A DNA stretch of 64,000 nucleotides from an uncultured Chloroflexia bacterium (GCA_963746845.1 CAVVCZ010000007.1:64001-128000); one strand, 5' to 3'. Positions 9,686 to 20,610 are shown, counted from the stretch's first letter. The notes: generated from the sequence alone by a model not told the origin. Made by a program: numbers and translations.

Positions 9686-11377
9686 TCAGCGGGCGATGTC
9701 GCGCCGGCTGACCCCCCAGGCGCCGATCGCGATGCCACCGATGGCGATCACCACACAGAGCACCACGCCGACCGGATCCCACTGGCCGATCATCGGCTGC
9801 CCGACATGGGCGGTCAGCGCGAGCTGGTGGACCCAGTCCGGCAGGCCGAGCGGCGGAGCCAGCAGGTCGAGCAGGAACGTCGCGACGACGAACAGCGCCG
9901 CGATCTCGGCCGCGAGTGAGGTCCGCCACAGCCCGCCGATCGCGACACCGATCCCGACGATGGCGGCGGCATAGAGACCGAGCGATGCCGAGCCGAGGAG
10001 CGCGTCTCCCGCCGTGGAACCGCCGGCTGCGGCGCCGAGGCTGATCCCCAGCGCGAACAGCACGGTCATCAGCGCGACTCCGATGATCGCCGCGACACCG
10101 CCGGCGACGACCCAGCGCGAGCGAGTCAACGGCGTCGTCAGCACCTCCTCGAGCCGGCCTTCGGTCTCGTCGGACGCCCACTTCGACACGAACGTCGTGG
10201 CCGCGAAGCCGGCCGCGATGAAGAACAGCTCGGCGTACAGCTGGAGCCAGCCGCCCGCGGTCGAGAAGTCGTACCCAGGGAAGAGCTTGCCGAACACGTT
10301 CCCCATGTCGGGCGTCTTCGCGATCAGGTCGGAGAACGAGCCCACGAGCGAGCCGAGGAGCGCTCCCCAGAAGGCCATGCCGATGCCCCAGGACAGCGAC
10401 CGAGGAAGCTGATCGCCGAACGCCCGCGTGATCGGGCCGCGGACCCCGAGCACGTCCTGCGGGAGCGACGGGAAGGAGAGTCCGGCCGTCACGCCGAGGT
10501 CGCGCCGGTCGAAGACCACGACCCCGAGGGCGAGGAGGACGACGCCGACGATGCCGACGAGCGCGAGGCCGGGCCAGTCGTAGAAACCGGCGAGCGGCAC
10601 GTGGTCGACCGTCCAGTGGAACGGGCTCAAGGCGATCAGCGGTCCCCCGACATCCAGGCCGCTCATCACCCAGAGCGCGATCATCACCACACCGGCAACG
10701 GCCGCCGAGCCGGCGCGGCCGAGAACCGGAGCCAGCACGAATGCGACGCCGCCGAAGAACATCGCGATGAACCCGACCCACAGCCCGAATCCGATCGCCG
10801 AGCCGAGCGGGATCTGGTCACCCAGCGATGCGTCGCCGAAGGCGTACGAGCTGATCGTGAGCATGATCGCGAGGATGGCCACCGCCAGCCAGAGCATCGT
10901 CAGGTGAGCGGCGAGCTTCTCGACCGCGATCCGGCGCTTGCCGAAGGGCGACGTGGCAACGAGGTCGAGGCTGCCACGGGCCGCTTCGCCCGCGAGCGTC
11001 CCCGACAGCGCGAGGATCGACCACAAGGCCGTCCCGAGGGCAAACGTCGCCCCGTACTTCCAGGTCACATACCCGCCGAGCGTCCCGAGCTTGGCGCCCA
11101 TCAGGGTCGTGTTGCCGAAGAGGTTGACCATCTGGGCGGGCATGCTTCCCACGAGGGCGTTCAGGTCGAGTCGGGTCTGCGAGGTCGGAAACACGGTTCC
11201 GATGGCCGCACCCAGGACGAGGGACAGGCCGGCGAGCATGCCGGCCGCGATGATGAAGGCAAGCCGGGAATCGCGGATCGTCTTGCCGTAGATGCTCCCG
11301 AACCCGTAGATCCGGCGCCGGAGCGGGATTGACGGATAGACCGCCGCCCCCTGCGGCGCCTGTGCGCCGGCGCTCAT
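9686..11377 (-). CDS. ABC-2 type exporter permease (two fused membrane halves)
   Basis: Hydrophobic 563 aa; AGEAARGSLDL and DETEGRLEEVLTTP repeat motifs; follows ABC ATPase. Confidence 0.85.
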   Translation of the reverse strand: MSAGAQAPQGAAVYPSIPLRRRIYGFGSIYGKTIRDSRLAFIIAAGMLAGLSLVLGAAIGTVFPTSQTRLDLNALVGSMPAQMVNLFGNTTLMGAKLGTLGGYVTWKYGATFALGTALWSILALSGTLAGEAARGSLDLVATSPFGKRRIAVEKLAAHLTMLWLAVAILAIMLTISSYAFGDASLGDQIPLGSAIGFGLWVGFIAMFFGGVAFVLAPVLGRAGSAAVAGVVMIALWVMSGLDVGGPLIALSPFHWTVDHVPLAGFYDWPGLALVGIVGVVLLALGVVVFDRRDLGVTAGLSFPSLPQDVLGVRGPITRAFGDQLPRSLSWGIGMAFWGALLGSLVGSFSDLIAKTPDMGNVFGKLFPGYDFSTAGGWLQLYAELFFIAAGFAATTFVSKWASDETEGRLEEVLTTPLTRSRWVVAGGVAAIIGVALMTVLFALGISLGAAAGGSTAGDALLGSASLGLYAAAIVGIGVAIGGLWRTSLAAEIAALFVVATFLLDLLAPPLGLPDWVHQLALTAHVGQPMIGQWDPVGVVLCVVIAIGGIAIGAWGVSRRDIAR

Positions 11378-12285
11378 GACTTCACCTCGACCGCTTGCTG
11401 GCCGTACTGCGCCAGGAACGTCTCCTCGAGGCTCGGCTCGCGGCTGACGAAGTCGGAGAGCTCGTAGGCCGCGGCGGCGCGGACGACCGGGGTGATCGAG
11501 CCGAAGACCCGCATCCGGAGCGTGTGATCCTCGACGGCCACGTCCGAGACGCCGGGGAGGGATCGGAACGCGTCGACAGGCACGTTCGCACCATCGACGA
11601 AGCGAAGCTCGACCTGGTGGTGGGCCAGGTCACGAAGGGCCTCGGTCCGATCGACCTTGACGAGCACGCCGTCGCGGATGATCGCGACCCGATCGCAGGT
11701 CCGCTCCACCTCGGAGAGGATATGGCTGGAGAGGAAGACGGTGCGGCCTTCCTCCCGCGCTTCACGAACGAGCGCGTAGAACGACTGCTGCACCAGCGGA
11801 TCGAGACCCGACGTCGGCTCGTCGAGGATCAGGAGATCCGGACGATGCTGGAGCGCGACGACCAAGCCGATCTTCTGCTTGTTGCCCTTCGAGTACTCCT
11901 TGAACCGGCGGGTCGGGTCGATGTCGAAGCGCTCGATCAGGCTCTGGCGATAGCCGGGGTCCACGCCGCCCCGCAGGTTGCCGAAGTACTCGAGCGTCTG
12001 GCCGCCCGTGAGGCGGTCGTAGAGCGTGAACTCGCCCGGGATGTAACCGATCCGGCGGTGGATGGCGACCGGGTCGACCGTCGACTCGATGCCGAAGACG
12101 AGGACCCTGCCGGAGGTCGGCCGGATGAGGTCGAGCAAGGTCCGGATGGTCGTGGTCTTGCCGGCACCGTTCGGCCCGAGAAAGCCGAAGACCTCGCCCT
12201 GCTCGACCGACAGGTCGACGTCGATGACGCCGCGATGCTCACCGTAGGACTTGGTCAGCTTCTCGATCTCGATGATGGCGGTCAT
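11374..12285 (-). CDS. ABC transporter ATP-binding protein
   Basis: GPNGAGKTT, YSKGNKQK, LILDEPTSGLD, SSH. Confidence 0.95.
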   Translation of the reverse strand: MTAIIEIEKLTKSYGEHRGVIDVDLSVEQGEVFGFLGPNGAGKTTTIRTLLDLIRPTSGRVLVFGIESTVDPVAIHRRIGYIPGEFTLYDRLTGGQTLEYFGNLRGGVDPGYRQSLIERFDIDPTRRFKEYSKGNKQKIGLVVALQHRPDLLILDEPTSGLDPLVQQSFYALVREAREEGRTVFLSSHILSEVERTCDRVAIIRDGVLVKVDRTEALRDLAHHQVELRFVDGANVPVDAFRSLPGVSDVAVEDHTLRMRVFGSITPVVRAAAAYELSDFVSREPSLEETFLAQYGQQAVEVKS

Positions 12286-12334
12286 GCCTGTCCTTTCGCC
12301 GGTTCCGTGCCGGCATCGCGTTCGTGCCGCGTCG

Positions 12335-12823
12335 TCACGCCGACGCTTCGTTGGTGGGGGCGCCGCGCTCGCCGAGGAACCGGTCGATCACGCGGGGCAC
12401 CTCGACCTCGATGAAGGCCATGACGTCGTGGAACTCCTGCATCCGGGCGCGCGCGCTCGGCGAGTCATCCACCGCCTCGAGCCCGTGCTCCGCGATGATC
12501 CGGAGCTGGCGATAGATGACGCTCGCGCTCGACAGCATCGAGTCGAGCGCCTCCGGCGGCGAGCTGAAGTACTCGCGCCGGTCGCCCCGGCGGGTCGTCC
12601 GGCGGATGAAGCCGGCCGTCGTCAGGATCCGGGCGGCACCGCTCACCGCGCCACGGCTCGCCTGGAGCGCCTCGGCGATGTCCGTGGCCGACTGCTCCGG
12701 TGGGTCGCACAGGAGGAGCCAGCCCCACATCCGGCCGGCCATCGGGGTCATCCCGTAGCCACCGAGGAACTGGCCCATCTCCTCGATGAACCGGCTCTGC
12801 TCGGGGGTCAGGGTCGTCGCCAT
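12335..12823 (-). CDS. GbsR/MarR-family transcriptional regulator
   Basis: FIEEMG..GMTPMAGRMWGWLLLCDP..SATDIAEALQASRGAVS..GDRREYF. Confidence 0.88.
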   Translation of the reverse strand: MATTLTPEQSRFIEEMGQFLGGYGMTPMAGRMWGWLLLCDPPEQSATDIAEALQASRGAVSGAARILTTAGFIRRTTRRGDRREYFSSPPEALDSMLSSASVIYRQLRIIAEHGLEAVDDSPSARARMQEFHDVMAFIEVEVPRVIDRFLGERGAPTNEASA

Positions 12824-12849
12824 GCGCCGATGCTAGTCCGTTCCGAAGT

Positions 12850-12865
12850 TTCAGTCAATGCTGAA
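12850..12865. promoter_or_regulatory. candidate GbsR-type autoregulatory operator
   Basis: TTCAG-N6-CTGAA palindrome upstream of the TAGCAT -10 (12830-12835) of the regulator. Confidence 0.6.
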
Positions 12866-12952
12866 TCGGCGTGACGGTCCGCGGCGGTCGCAGGCGGGTC
12901 GATCGGGTGGGCGTGCGCGGCTACGGGCCGCGCAAGAACGGTCGCGCGGCCG

Positions 12953-13843
12953 TCAGACCCCGATGGGGTGCCAGACGGTCTTCATCTCCAGCCAGGCCGC
13001 GATCCATTCCGGGCGCTCGGCGGCGCGGTCGTCCAGCCAGTCGAAGCGAGCGTCGGTCACGCCGGCCGGCCGGCGCGCGATCCGCTTGATGTCCTCGGCG
13101 GCGAGAAGCTCGGTGTCGCGTCGCAGATCCGGGGGAACGCCCCAGACGTCCAGCGCATCGACGTCCTCGTGGGCCGCGAGGACCGGCACCAGCTCCGGCT
13201 TCCGCCCCGTGAGGATGTTCACGACCCCACCCGGCACGTCGGACGTCGCGAGCACCTCGGAGAGGGTCACCGCGGGCAATGGCCGCGTCTCGGACGAGAG
13301 CACCACGACCGAGTTGCCCGCGACGAGCGGCGGCGCCAGCCGGGAGACCAGGCCGAGGAGCGACGAGGTCTCGGGCGCGACGATCCCGACGACGCCGGTC
13401 GGCTCGGGGATCGTGAAGTTGAAGTACGGCGCCGCGACCGGGTTCGACGAGCCGAGGACCTGGGCGATCTTGTCGGCCCACCCCGCGTACCAGACCCAGC
13501 GGTCGATCGCCCGATCGACGATCGTCTCGGCCTTCTCGGCGCGCAGCCCCTCGGCCGCCGCGACCTCCGCGACGAACTGCTCGCGCCGGCCCTCCATCAG
13601 CTCGGCCACCCGGTACAGCACCTGGCCGCGGTTCATCGCGGTCTTGTCGGCCCAGGGCTGGAACGCCTTGCGAGCGGCGCGGACGGCCTCGCGGACGTCC
13701 TTGCGCGACGCCCGGACGGCATTCGCGATCGGGTCGCCGGAGGCGGACGACACGACGTACGACCGGCCGCTCTCGGAGCGCGGGAAGGCGCCCCCGATGT
13801 AGAGCTTGTACGTCTTGCGGACGTCGAGGCGGTCCGGCGCCAT
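12953..13843 (-). CDS. short aldehyde dehydrogenase-family protein (NAD-binding domain only)
   Basis: KTYKLYIGGAFPRSESGR, WYAGWADK, EPTGVVG, EMKTVWHPIG; no catalytic-Cys domain. Confidence 0.88.
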   Translation of the reverse strand: MAPDRLDVRKTYKLYIGGAFPRSESGRSYVVSSASGDPIANAVRASRKDVREAVRAARKAFQPWADKTAMNRGQVLYRVAELMEGRREQFVAEVAAAEGLRAEKAETIVDRAIDRWVWYAGWADKIAQVLGSSNPVAAPYFNFTIPEPTGVVGIVAPETSSLLGLVSRLAPPLVAGNSVVVLSSETRPLPAVTLSEVLATSDVPGGVVNILTGRKPELVPVLAAHEDVDALDVWGVPPDLRRDTELLAAEDIKRIARRPAGVTDARFDWLDDRAAERPEWIAAWLEMKTVWHPIGV

Positions 13844-13855
13844 CAGCGGGCCACC

Positions 13856-15399
13856 TCAGCGGTCATCGAGCCGGACATAGGCATGCAGGCCGTGCATCCC
13901 GCCCTCGCGGCCGAACCCGGACTCCTTGTAGCCGCCGAACGGCGAGGTCGGATCGAACCGATTGAACGTGTTCGCCCAGACGACGCCGGCCTTCATCCGC
14001 TTGACCATCTGGAGAATCCGGCTGCCCTTGTCGGTCCAGATGCCCGCGGACAGCCCGTACGGCGTGTTGTTCGCCTTCTCTACGGCCTCCTCGGGTGTCC
14101 GGAACGTCAGGACGGACAGCACCGGTCCGAAGATCTCCTCCCGAGCGATCCGGTGGCTCTGGGCCACGTTCGTGAAGAGCGTTGGCCGGAAGAAGCAGCC
14201 GCGATCGGGCAGATCGCAGGCCGGCTGGTACATCTCCGCGCCCTCGGCCCGTCCGGCTGCGACCAGCTCCGTGATCTTCTCGAGCTGGGCCCGGGAGTTG
14301 ATCGCGCCGACGTCCGTGTTCTTGTCGAGCGGGTCGCCGACCCGGATCGTCGCCAGGCGGTCCTTCAGCTTCTCGATCAGCGGCTCGACGATCGACTCCT
14401 GGGCGAGCAGCCGCGACCCGGCACAGCAGACCTCGCCCTGGTTGAAGTAGATCCCGTTGACGATCCCCTCGACCGCCTGGTCGAGCGGGGCGTCGTCGAA
14501 CACGATGTTCGCGGCCTTGCCGCCGAGCTCCAGGGTCAGCGCCTTGTCGGTGCCGGCGACCCCCTGGAAGATCTTCCGCCCGATCTCGGTCGATCCCGTG
14601 AAGGCGACCTTGTCGACGCCCGGGTGGGTGATCAGGGCCATCCCGATCTCGCCGGGGCCCGGGACGATGTTGACGACCCCCGGCGGGAGGTCGGCCTGGC
14701 GGCAGACGTCGGCGAAGAGCAGGGCGCTGAGCGGGGTCGTCGACGCCGGCTTCAGGACGACGGTGTTGCCGGCGGCGAGGGCCGGGGCGATCTTCCACGC
14801 GAGCATCAGGAGCGGGAAGTTCCACGGGATCACCTGGGCGGCGACGCCGAGCGGCCGGGCGACCCGTCCGGGGAACGCGTAGTCGAGCTTGTCCGCCCAG
14901 CCGGCGTAGTACCAGAAGTGGGCCGCGGCGAGCGGCACGTCGACGTCGCGCGACTCCTTGATCGGCTTGCCCGAGTCCATCGATTCGAGGACCGCGAACT
15001 CGCGCGACCGCTCCTGCAGGATCCGGGCGATCCGGAAGAGGTACTTCGCCCGCTCCTTGCCGGAGAGGGTCCCCCAGCGCCGGCGCTGGGCCGTCCGCGC
15101 CGCCCGGACGGCCGTGTCGACGTCCTTCGCCGCCGCCTTGGCGACGAGCGCGAGCGGCTCCTCGGTCGCGGGGTTGACGGTCGTGAACGTCTCGCCGCCG
15201 GTCGCCTGGACCTCGCGGCCGTTGATGAACAGCCCATAGCGGTCCTTGATCGTGACGACGTCGCGCGACTCCGGCGCGGGCGCGTACTCCCACGGGATCG
15301 CGGCACCGTCGCCGAGCCCCCAGCTCGACGGGTGCCCCCTCGACGCGGGTGACCGCGCCGTTCGTCGCCGCCGGATCGGCCGGGCGTCTTCGTGGCCAT
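13856..15399 (-). CDS. aldehyde dehydrogenase (two apparent indels near 5' end)
   Basis: PWNFP, FTGST, LELGGK, GEVCCAG, EEIFGP; frame open upstream to about 15320 (WEYAPAPE); ATG 15399 preceded by TAGCAT. Confidence 0.9.
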
Positions 15400-15409
15400 C
15401 GCGGCCATG

Positions 15410-16688
15410 CTACGCGAAGAGCGACTGACCGAGGTACCGGGCGGGATCGGGCACGCCAGGCAGGGTGTAGAAAAAGCCACCGCCGACGGGGCGGATGTAC
15501 TCCTCCAGCGGTTCGCCGGCGAGCCGCGCCTGGACGGCCAGGAACCCCGCCGCCAGATCGCGCTGGTAGCAGACGAAGACGAGGCCCTGGTCGAGGAGCC
15601 CGGCTGCGTCGAAGCCCCGGCTGTACGAGTAGCCGCGGCGGAGGATCCGGTTGCGTTCCGTCGCCGGCGTCCGCGGATTCGCGAGCCGGATGTGGGCGTC
15701 GAGCGGGACGACCTTGCCGTCCGGATCGCGTCGCGTAGTCCGGGATCGACTCCTCGCGCGGGCTGCCGAGAACCGCACCGGTGCGCTTCGTCCGCCCGAT
15801 GATCCCTTCCTGCTCGCCGAGCGCGGTCCGGTCCCAGCGCTCGACGAACATCCGGATCGGCCGGACGACGAGGTAGCTGCCGCCCACGGCCCAGTCCGGC
15901 TCGCCGTCCCGAGGCCCGACCCACACCAGCTCGTCGGCCACGGCGTCGTCTCCGACGGGCGGATTGGCCGTCCCGTCCTTGAACCCCAGCAGGTTGCGCG
16001 TCGTCGTGTGGCCCGGGGTCGCGGCCGGGTCCGGGCGCAGGAACCCGTCGATCAGCCAGCGCAGCCGGAGCGCGTCACGGACGCCCATCTGGAGGTAGCG
16101 CAGGGCGTGGATGCACGCCTCCTGGTCGACCGCGCAGATCTGGATCAGCAGGTCGCCGTGGCTCAGGGCGGGGTCGATGACGTCCTTCGGGAAGACCGGC
16201 ATCGGGGCGAGCTGCCGGGGCTTCCGATCGCCGAGACCGAACCGACCGTCGAACAGCGACGCCCCGACGGACACCGTCACGGTCAGGTCGGCCGGGCCTG
16301 TCGTCGCGCCGAGAATGCCGCTCTCCGGCGGCGGATAGAGCGGATCGCCGCCCTCCGGCGACCAGCCTGCGGCGAGGGTCCGGATCCGCGTCGTGAGGTC
16401 GGTCATCGCCCCGGCGAGGGTCGGACGATCCGGCGCCACGACGTCGAATGCGGCGAAGAGCGAGGCGGCCTGCGGCACGGCCGGGCGGACGATCCCGGCC
16501 TGGTGTGCGCCCTCGAAGGCCACGTGCGAGGCCTCGGCGGGGCGTGCCGCCGCGCCGCCCTGGGACGGGTCGACGGTGCCCGAGACGAGCACGCCGCCGA
16601 CGCCACCGGCGACGGCCGCCGCGCCTGCTCCCGCCGCCGCAACGAGGAACCGGCGCCGGCTGAGCGCGGGCGTGGTGATCTCGGTCAT
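15410..16688 (-). CDS. efeB: Dyp-type iron-uptake peroxidase EfeB, Tat-exported (apparent indel near 15730)
   Basis: SRRRFL Tat motif, [41 protein letters not shown]. Confidence 0.9.
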
Positions 16689-16699
16689 GGCCGGGGCGA

Positions 16700-17863
16700 T
16701 CAGGCGAACAGGCCGAGCTTGCCGGGGAGCTCGGCGAGGACCTCGGACAGCTTCGCCATCCGGGCCTGGAGCGCGCCCAGGTCGGCCTTCGTGATCGCCG
16801 AGAACGGCTGGTAGCCCGACCCGTCCGCGTAGCGGCCGATGATCTCGTCGACCGCGCCATACGCCGCGTCGACGCCCGAGAGGTACGTCGGATCGACGGT
16901 CTGGATCGTCGGCCGCATGATGTCGACGATCTTCTTCGAGCCGGCCACGTTCCCGGCGATCGACCACAGGTCGGCCCCGGAGTAGCGGTCCTCCTCCCCG
17001 GTCAGCTTCGACTGGGCGACCTCCTCGATCAGCTCGCCGGCGCCGCGGGCCATGACCCGGGGCTCGATGTCCAGGGTCGCGAGCCGCTTGCCCAGCTCGG
17101 TCGCGTCGGCGCCGAGGCCCGCGGCGATCGGTGCGAGCCCGTTCGTCGTGCCGTCCTTCCACAGCCCCTTCTCCAGGCGGTGCCAGCCGAGGAACGCCGG
17201 ATCGTCGACGCCGCCCGCGAAGTCCTCCTCGCGGGCGTCCATCCGCGTGTCGAGGTCCGAGAACAGCTCCGCGACCGGCTCGATCCGCTCCCAGGCCGGG
17301 CGCGACGGCGCGTAGGCGGCCTTCGCCGCATCGAGCTTGCCGTCCTCCACGGCGGTGACGAACGGCGCGAGGTTCTGCGTCAGCTCGGCGGCCTGCTCGC
17401 GGACGTACGTCTCGTATGCGGTCCGATAGCCCGCCAGGGTCGCAGCGTCGATGACCGCGCTGGACGGCCGGGGGGCCGAGCCGCCGGTCACGGCCAGCTG
17501 GCCGCGCGGTGCCTGGAGCGAGTAGCAGATCAGGGCGTAGGTGCCACCGTCGAGGCGGGTCGCGAAGTTGATCACGAACCCGGGGACGATGTTCTCGACC
17601 TCGTCGACGACACGGGTGCCGGACAGGACCTCGAATTCGGCCGCATCCGGGCCGCCGTTCGTCACCTCGAACACGACCCGGCCCGCCGTGGCGTTGAGGC
17701 TGCCGGGCGTACAGCCGCTCGCCGTCAGCGTCACGGGGATCCGCGCCTCGGCATCACCGGCCGCCGTGCCGGATCCCGCCGGTGACGCGCTGCACGCGCC
17801 GACGACGACGGCGACCAGGGCCGAGGCGGCGAGGCGCGTGGAGCGGCGAGAACGGGTCGTCAT
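16700..17863 (-). CDS. efeO: iron uptake lipoprotein EfeO (cupredoxin + imelysin-like)
   Basis: Lipobox VGAC, EVENI.PG, ERIEPVAE, GWHRLEK, KLTGEEDRYS. Confidence 0.92.
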   Translation of the reverse strand: MTTRSRRSTRLAASALVAVVVGACSASPAGSGTAAGDAEARIPVTLTASGCTPGSLNATAGRVVFEVTNGGPDAAEFEVLSGTRVVDEVENIVPGFVINFATRLDGGTYALICYSLQAPRGQLAVTGGSAPRPSSAVIDAATLAGYRTAYETYVREQAAELTQNLAPFVTAVEDGKLDAAKAAYAPSRPAWERIEPVAELFSDLDTRMDAREEDFAGGVDDPAFLGWHRLEKGLWKDGTTNGLAPIAAGLGADATELGKRLATLDIEPRVMARGAGELIEEVAQSKLTGEEDRYSGADLWSIAGNVAGSKKIVDIMRPTIQTVDPTYLSGVDAAYGAVDEIIGRYADGSGYQPFSAITKADLGALQARMAKLSEVLAELPGKLGLFA

Positions 17864-18035
17864 GTCGGCGAGCGTGCCTCCGTGGTTGGTCGCGATCGGG
17901 CGGCACTCCGCGCCGCGCCGCGTCGCTCCGGCGGGCGGAATGGTAAGCCAACCTGCCTCAGCAGGGCAAGGGCACTTGCGTTACGATACCAAGTATGCTT
18001 GCTGACCAGCCACCAGCCGGCCCGGGACTCCGGGC

Positions 18036-18872
18036 GTGATCCCGGCCTTCCTGATCACCCTCCGCGAGGGGCTCGAGGCGGCCCTGATCGTCGGGATCGT
18101 CGCCGCGTATGTCGTCCGCGTCGGCCGGCGCGACGCGCTGCCGAAGGTCTGGTTCGGCGTGGCAGCGGCCGTCGGCCTGTCGATCGGGATCGGGCTCGTC
18201 GTCGTCGCCACGATCGAACGCCTGCCGCTCGTCGTCCAGGAGTCGATCGAGGGCGCGACCGCACTGCTCGCCGTCGCGATCCTGACCTGGATGCTCTTCT
18301 GGATGCGCCGCCAGGGCCGAGCGATGAAGGGCGAGCTCGAGCACGGCGTCGATCTGGCCCTCGCGAAGGGCTCGGTCGCGGCGCTCGTCGGCCTCGCGTT
18401 CGTGGCCGTCTTCCGCGAGGGCATCGAGACGGTCCTGTTCATGGCCGTGGTCTTCTCGGCGACGCAGGTGGGTCCCGGCCCAGCGTTCGGGGCCATCGCC
18501 GGTCTCGCGGTCGCGGTGCTGATCGGCTGGGCGATCTTCGTCGCCGGCGTCCGGATCGACCTGCGCCGCTTCTTCTCGATCACCGGGGTGCTCCTGATCT
18601 TCGTGGCGGCGGGCCTGTGCGCCTTCGCCGTCGGCGAATTCGGCGAGGCGGGGCTGATCTCGAACACCGGCGCCGTCTTCGACCTGAGCGGGGTCCTGCC
18701 GGTGACCAGCGCGCTCGGGAGCGTGCTCGCGGGGCTCTTCGGCTATCGAGCGTCCCCCACCCCGCTCGAGCTGATCGCGTACTTCGCCTACCTGATCCCG
18801 GTCCTGACGCTGTTCCTCCTCGGGGATCGCCGGTCGGCACCGCGGGCGAAGCCGGTCGACGCCGGGGCCTGA
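18036..18872 (+). CDS. efeU: FTR1-family iron permease EfeU
   Basis: Two RExxE motifs (LREGLEA, FREGIET); multi-TM. Confidence 0.93.
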   Translation: MIPAFLITLREGLEAALIVGIVAAYVVRVGRRDALPKVWFGVAAAVGLSIGIGLVVVATIERLPLVVQESIEGATALLAVAILTWMLFWMRRQGRAMKGELEHGVDLALAKGSVAALVGLAFVAVFREGIETVLFMAVVFSATQVGPGPAFGAIAGLAVAVLIGWAIFVAGVRIDLRRFFSITGVLLIFVAAGLCAFAVGEFGEAGLISNTGAVFDLSGVLPVTSALGSVLAGLFGYRASPTPLELIAYFAYLIPVLTLFLLGDRRSAPRAKPVDAGA

Positions 18873-18882
18873 TCCGGCTCCG

Positions 18883-19818
18883 TCAACCGCGCGTCGAGAG
18901 GTCGGCGAGGGTCGGCGGGTCGGCGCCCGCCCGGCCGACCGTCCAGGACGCGACGCGCACCGCGAACCGGACGGCGTCGAGGACGGCGTCCGCGTCATGG
19001 AGGTCCTCCCGTCCCCGTCCCGAGTGCGTCCAGGCCGCCAGGAACCCGGCCGCGAACGCGTCGCCCGCGCCGACGGTGTCGACGAGCGGGACCCGCGGGA
19101 CCGGGATCTCGACCGTGCCCGCGGGGCGGACGATCCGGATCGGCGCCGGGCCGTCCGTCAGCAGGACGATCGCCGGCCCCGCTGCGACGAGCCCGCGCGC
19201 GGCGGCGATCGCGTCGGCGCCGGGGGCGAGCCAGCGGAGGTCGTCGACGCTGACCTTGACGACGTCGGCACGGCGCACGACCGCCTTCAGCCGCGCCCGG
19301 TAGACCGTCTCGTCGAGGATCGCCGCCGGGCGGATGTTCGGGTCGAGCATCACCAGGACGGCCGAGTCGGCCGCCGCGACCAGATCGGCGATCGTCGTCG
19401 CCGTCGGCTCCAGCACGAGGCCGAGCGTGCCCACGTGGAACACCGCCGCGGTCGGCGGCAGCCCGTCCGGAAGGTCGTCAGAGCGGAGCCCCGCCGCCGC
19501 GGAGCCCGGCGGCTCGAACCGGTAGGTCGCCGCGCCATGGGCGTCGAGCGAGGCGATCGCCTGGAGGGTCGGCTCGTCCGTGTCCCGGGTCAGCGACAGG
19601 TCGACGCCGTCGTCTTCGAGGAGTCCGCGGAGAACACGCCCGTCGGGGTCGGTCGAGAGGCGGCCGAGGAACGCCACCCGGCAGCCGAGCCGGCCCAGGG
19701 CACGCGCGGTCGTGAACGGTCCGCCGCCGGGCACGGCATCGACCCGCCCGTCGGTCCGCGCGATCCGGTCGATCAGGCTCTCCCCGGCGACGACGATCAG
19801 GGGTCGGTCATCGGACAT
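18883..19818 (-). CDS. PfkB-family carbohydrate kinase
   Basis: VAGESLID, PGGGPFTTA, DPNIRP, VDTVGAGDAF. Confidence 0.9.
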   Translation of the reverse strand: MSDDRPLIVVAGESLIDRIARTDGRVDAVPGGGPFTTARALGRLGCRVAFLGRLSTDPDGRVLRGLLEDDGVDLSLTRDTDEPTLQAIASLDAHGAATYRFEPPGSAAAGLRSDDLPDGLPPTAAVFHVGTLGLVLEPTATTIADLVAAADSAVLVMLDPNIRPAAILDETVYRARLKAVVRRADVVKVSVDDLRWLAPGADAIAAARGLVAAGPAIVLLTDGPAPIRIVRPAGTVEIPVPRVPLVDTVGAGDAFAAGFLAAWTHSGRGREDLHDADAVLDAVRFAVRVASWTVGRAGADPPTLADLSTRG

Positions 19819-19872
19819 CGCCGAAGCGTAGGGCGGCCGCCGAGCCGGCGTCCGTGCCGGTAGGCTGCCGCG

Positions 19873-20577
19873 ATGGACCGGCTGACGAGCGTTGCGGAGC
19901 TGCTGGACGGGCCACTCGACGACGAGCGCGCGCTGGTCGGCAACCTGCGCGACCTCGCCCGGCTCAACCGGCTGACCGGTGGAGCCCGCCTGTCTCAGCG
20001 GGCCATCGCGTCGTTGGCGCCAGACCGAGGAGCGCCGATCGCGACGCTGCTGGACGTCGGCACGGGCGCCGCCGACATCCCGATGACGCTGCTGGCCGCC
20101 GCCCGGCGCGCGGGCACGACCCTCACGATCACCGCGACCGACAGCCGGCCCGAGGTGATCGCCGCGGCGCGCACCGCCCGCCCGGCGATCGACCGGGTCG
20201 ACGGGCTGGAGCTCGCGATCGCCGACGGACGCGGCCTGCCCTGGCCGGATGCCGCGTTCGACGTCGCGCACGCGTCGATGGTGCTGCACCACCTCGAGCC
20301 GGACGACGCGGTCGCCTTCCTCCGGGAGCTGCGGCGGGTGGCCCGGATCGGGATCGTCGCGAACGACCTGGCCCGCGGGCGGCTCAACTGGGTCGGGGCA
20401 TGGGTGCTGATCCACGCCACTGCGACGAGCCGGTTCACCCGCCACGATGGCCCCCTGTCGGTACGGCGCGCGTACACGCGCCGGGAGCTGGACGAGCTCA
20501 TCGCGGCGGCGGGTCTGACGCCCATGCGCACGGTCGTGGGCTTCGCCGGGCATCGGGTCGCGATCGCCGCTCGGTGA
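19873..20577 (+). CDS. class I SAM-dependent methyltransferase (type found beside polyketide synthases)
   Basis: LLDVGTGAADIP, LHHL, NDLAR, HDGPLSVRRAYT. Confidence 0.88.
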   Translation: MDRLTSVAELLDGPLDDERALVGNLRDLARLNRLTGGARLSQRAIASLAPDRGAPIATLLDVGTGAADIPMTLLAAARRAGTTLTITATDSRPEVIAAARTARPAIDRVDGLELAIADGRGLPWPDAAFDVAHASMVLHHLEPDDAVAFLRELRRVARIGIVANDLARGRLNWVGAWVLIHATATSRFTRHDGPLSVRRAYTRRELDELIAAAGLTPMRTVVGFAGHRVAIAAR

Positions 20578-20610
20578 GCCGGCCGCGTTCCAGCGACTAC
20601 GCTCCGCGCG

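Noticed and set aside
13863-17162. 1099-aa ORF appearing to fuse several genes
   Set aside because: It is a chimera of the efeB N-terminus and off-frame sequence, caused by indels and stop-poor GC-rich DNA.
17938-17957. DtxR/IdeR-like box GGTAAGCCAACCT between efeO and efeU
   Set aside because: It is one base short of the consensus spacing and the flanks do not match; too weak to call.
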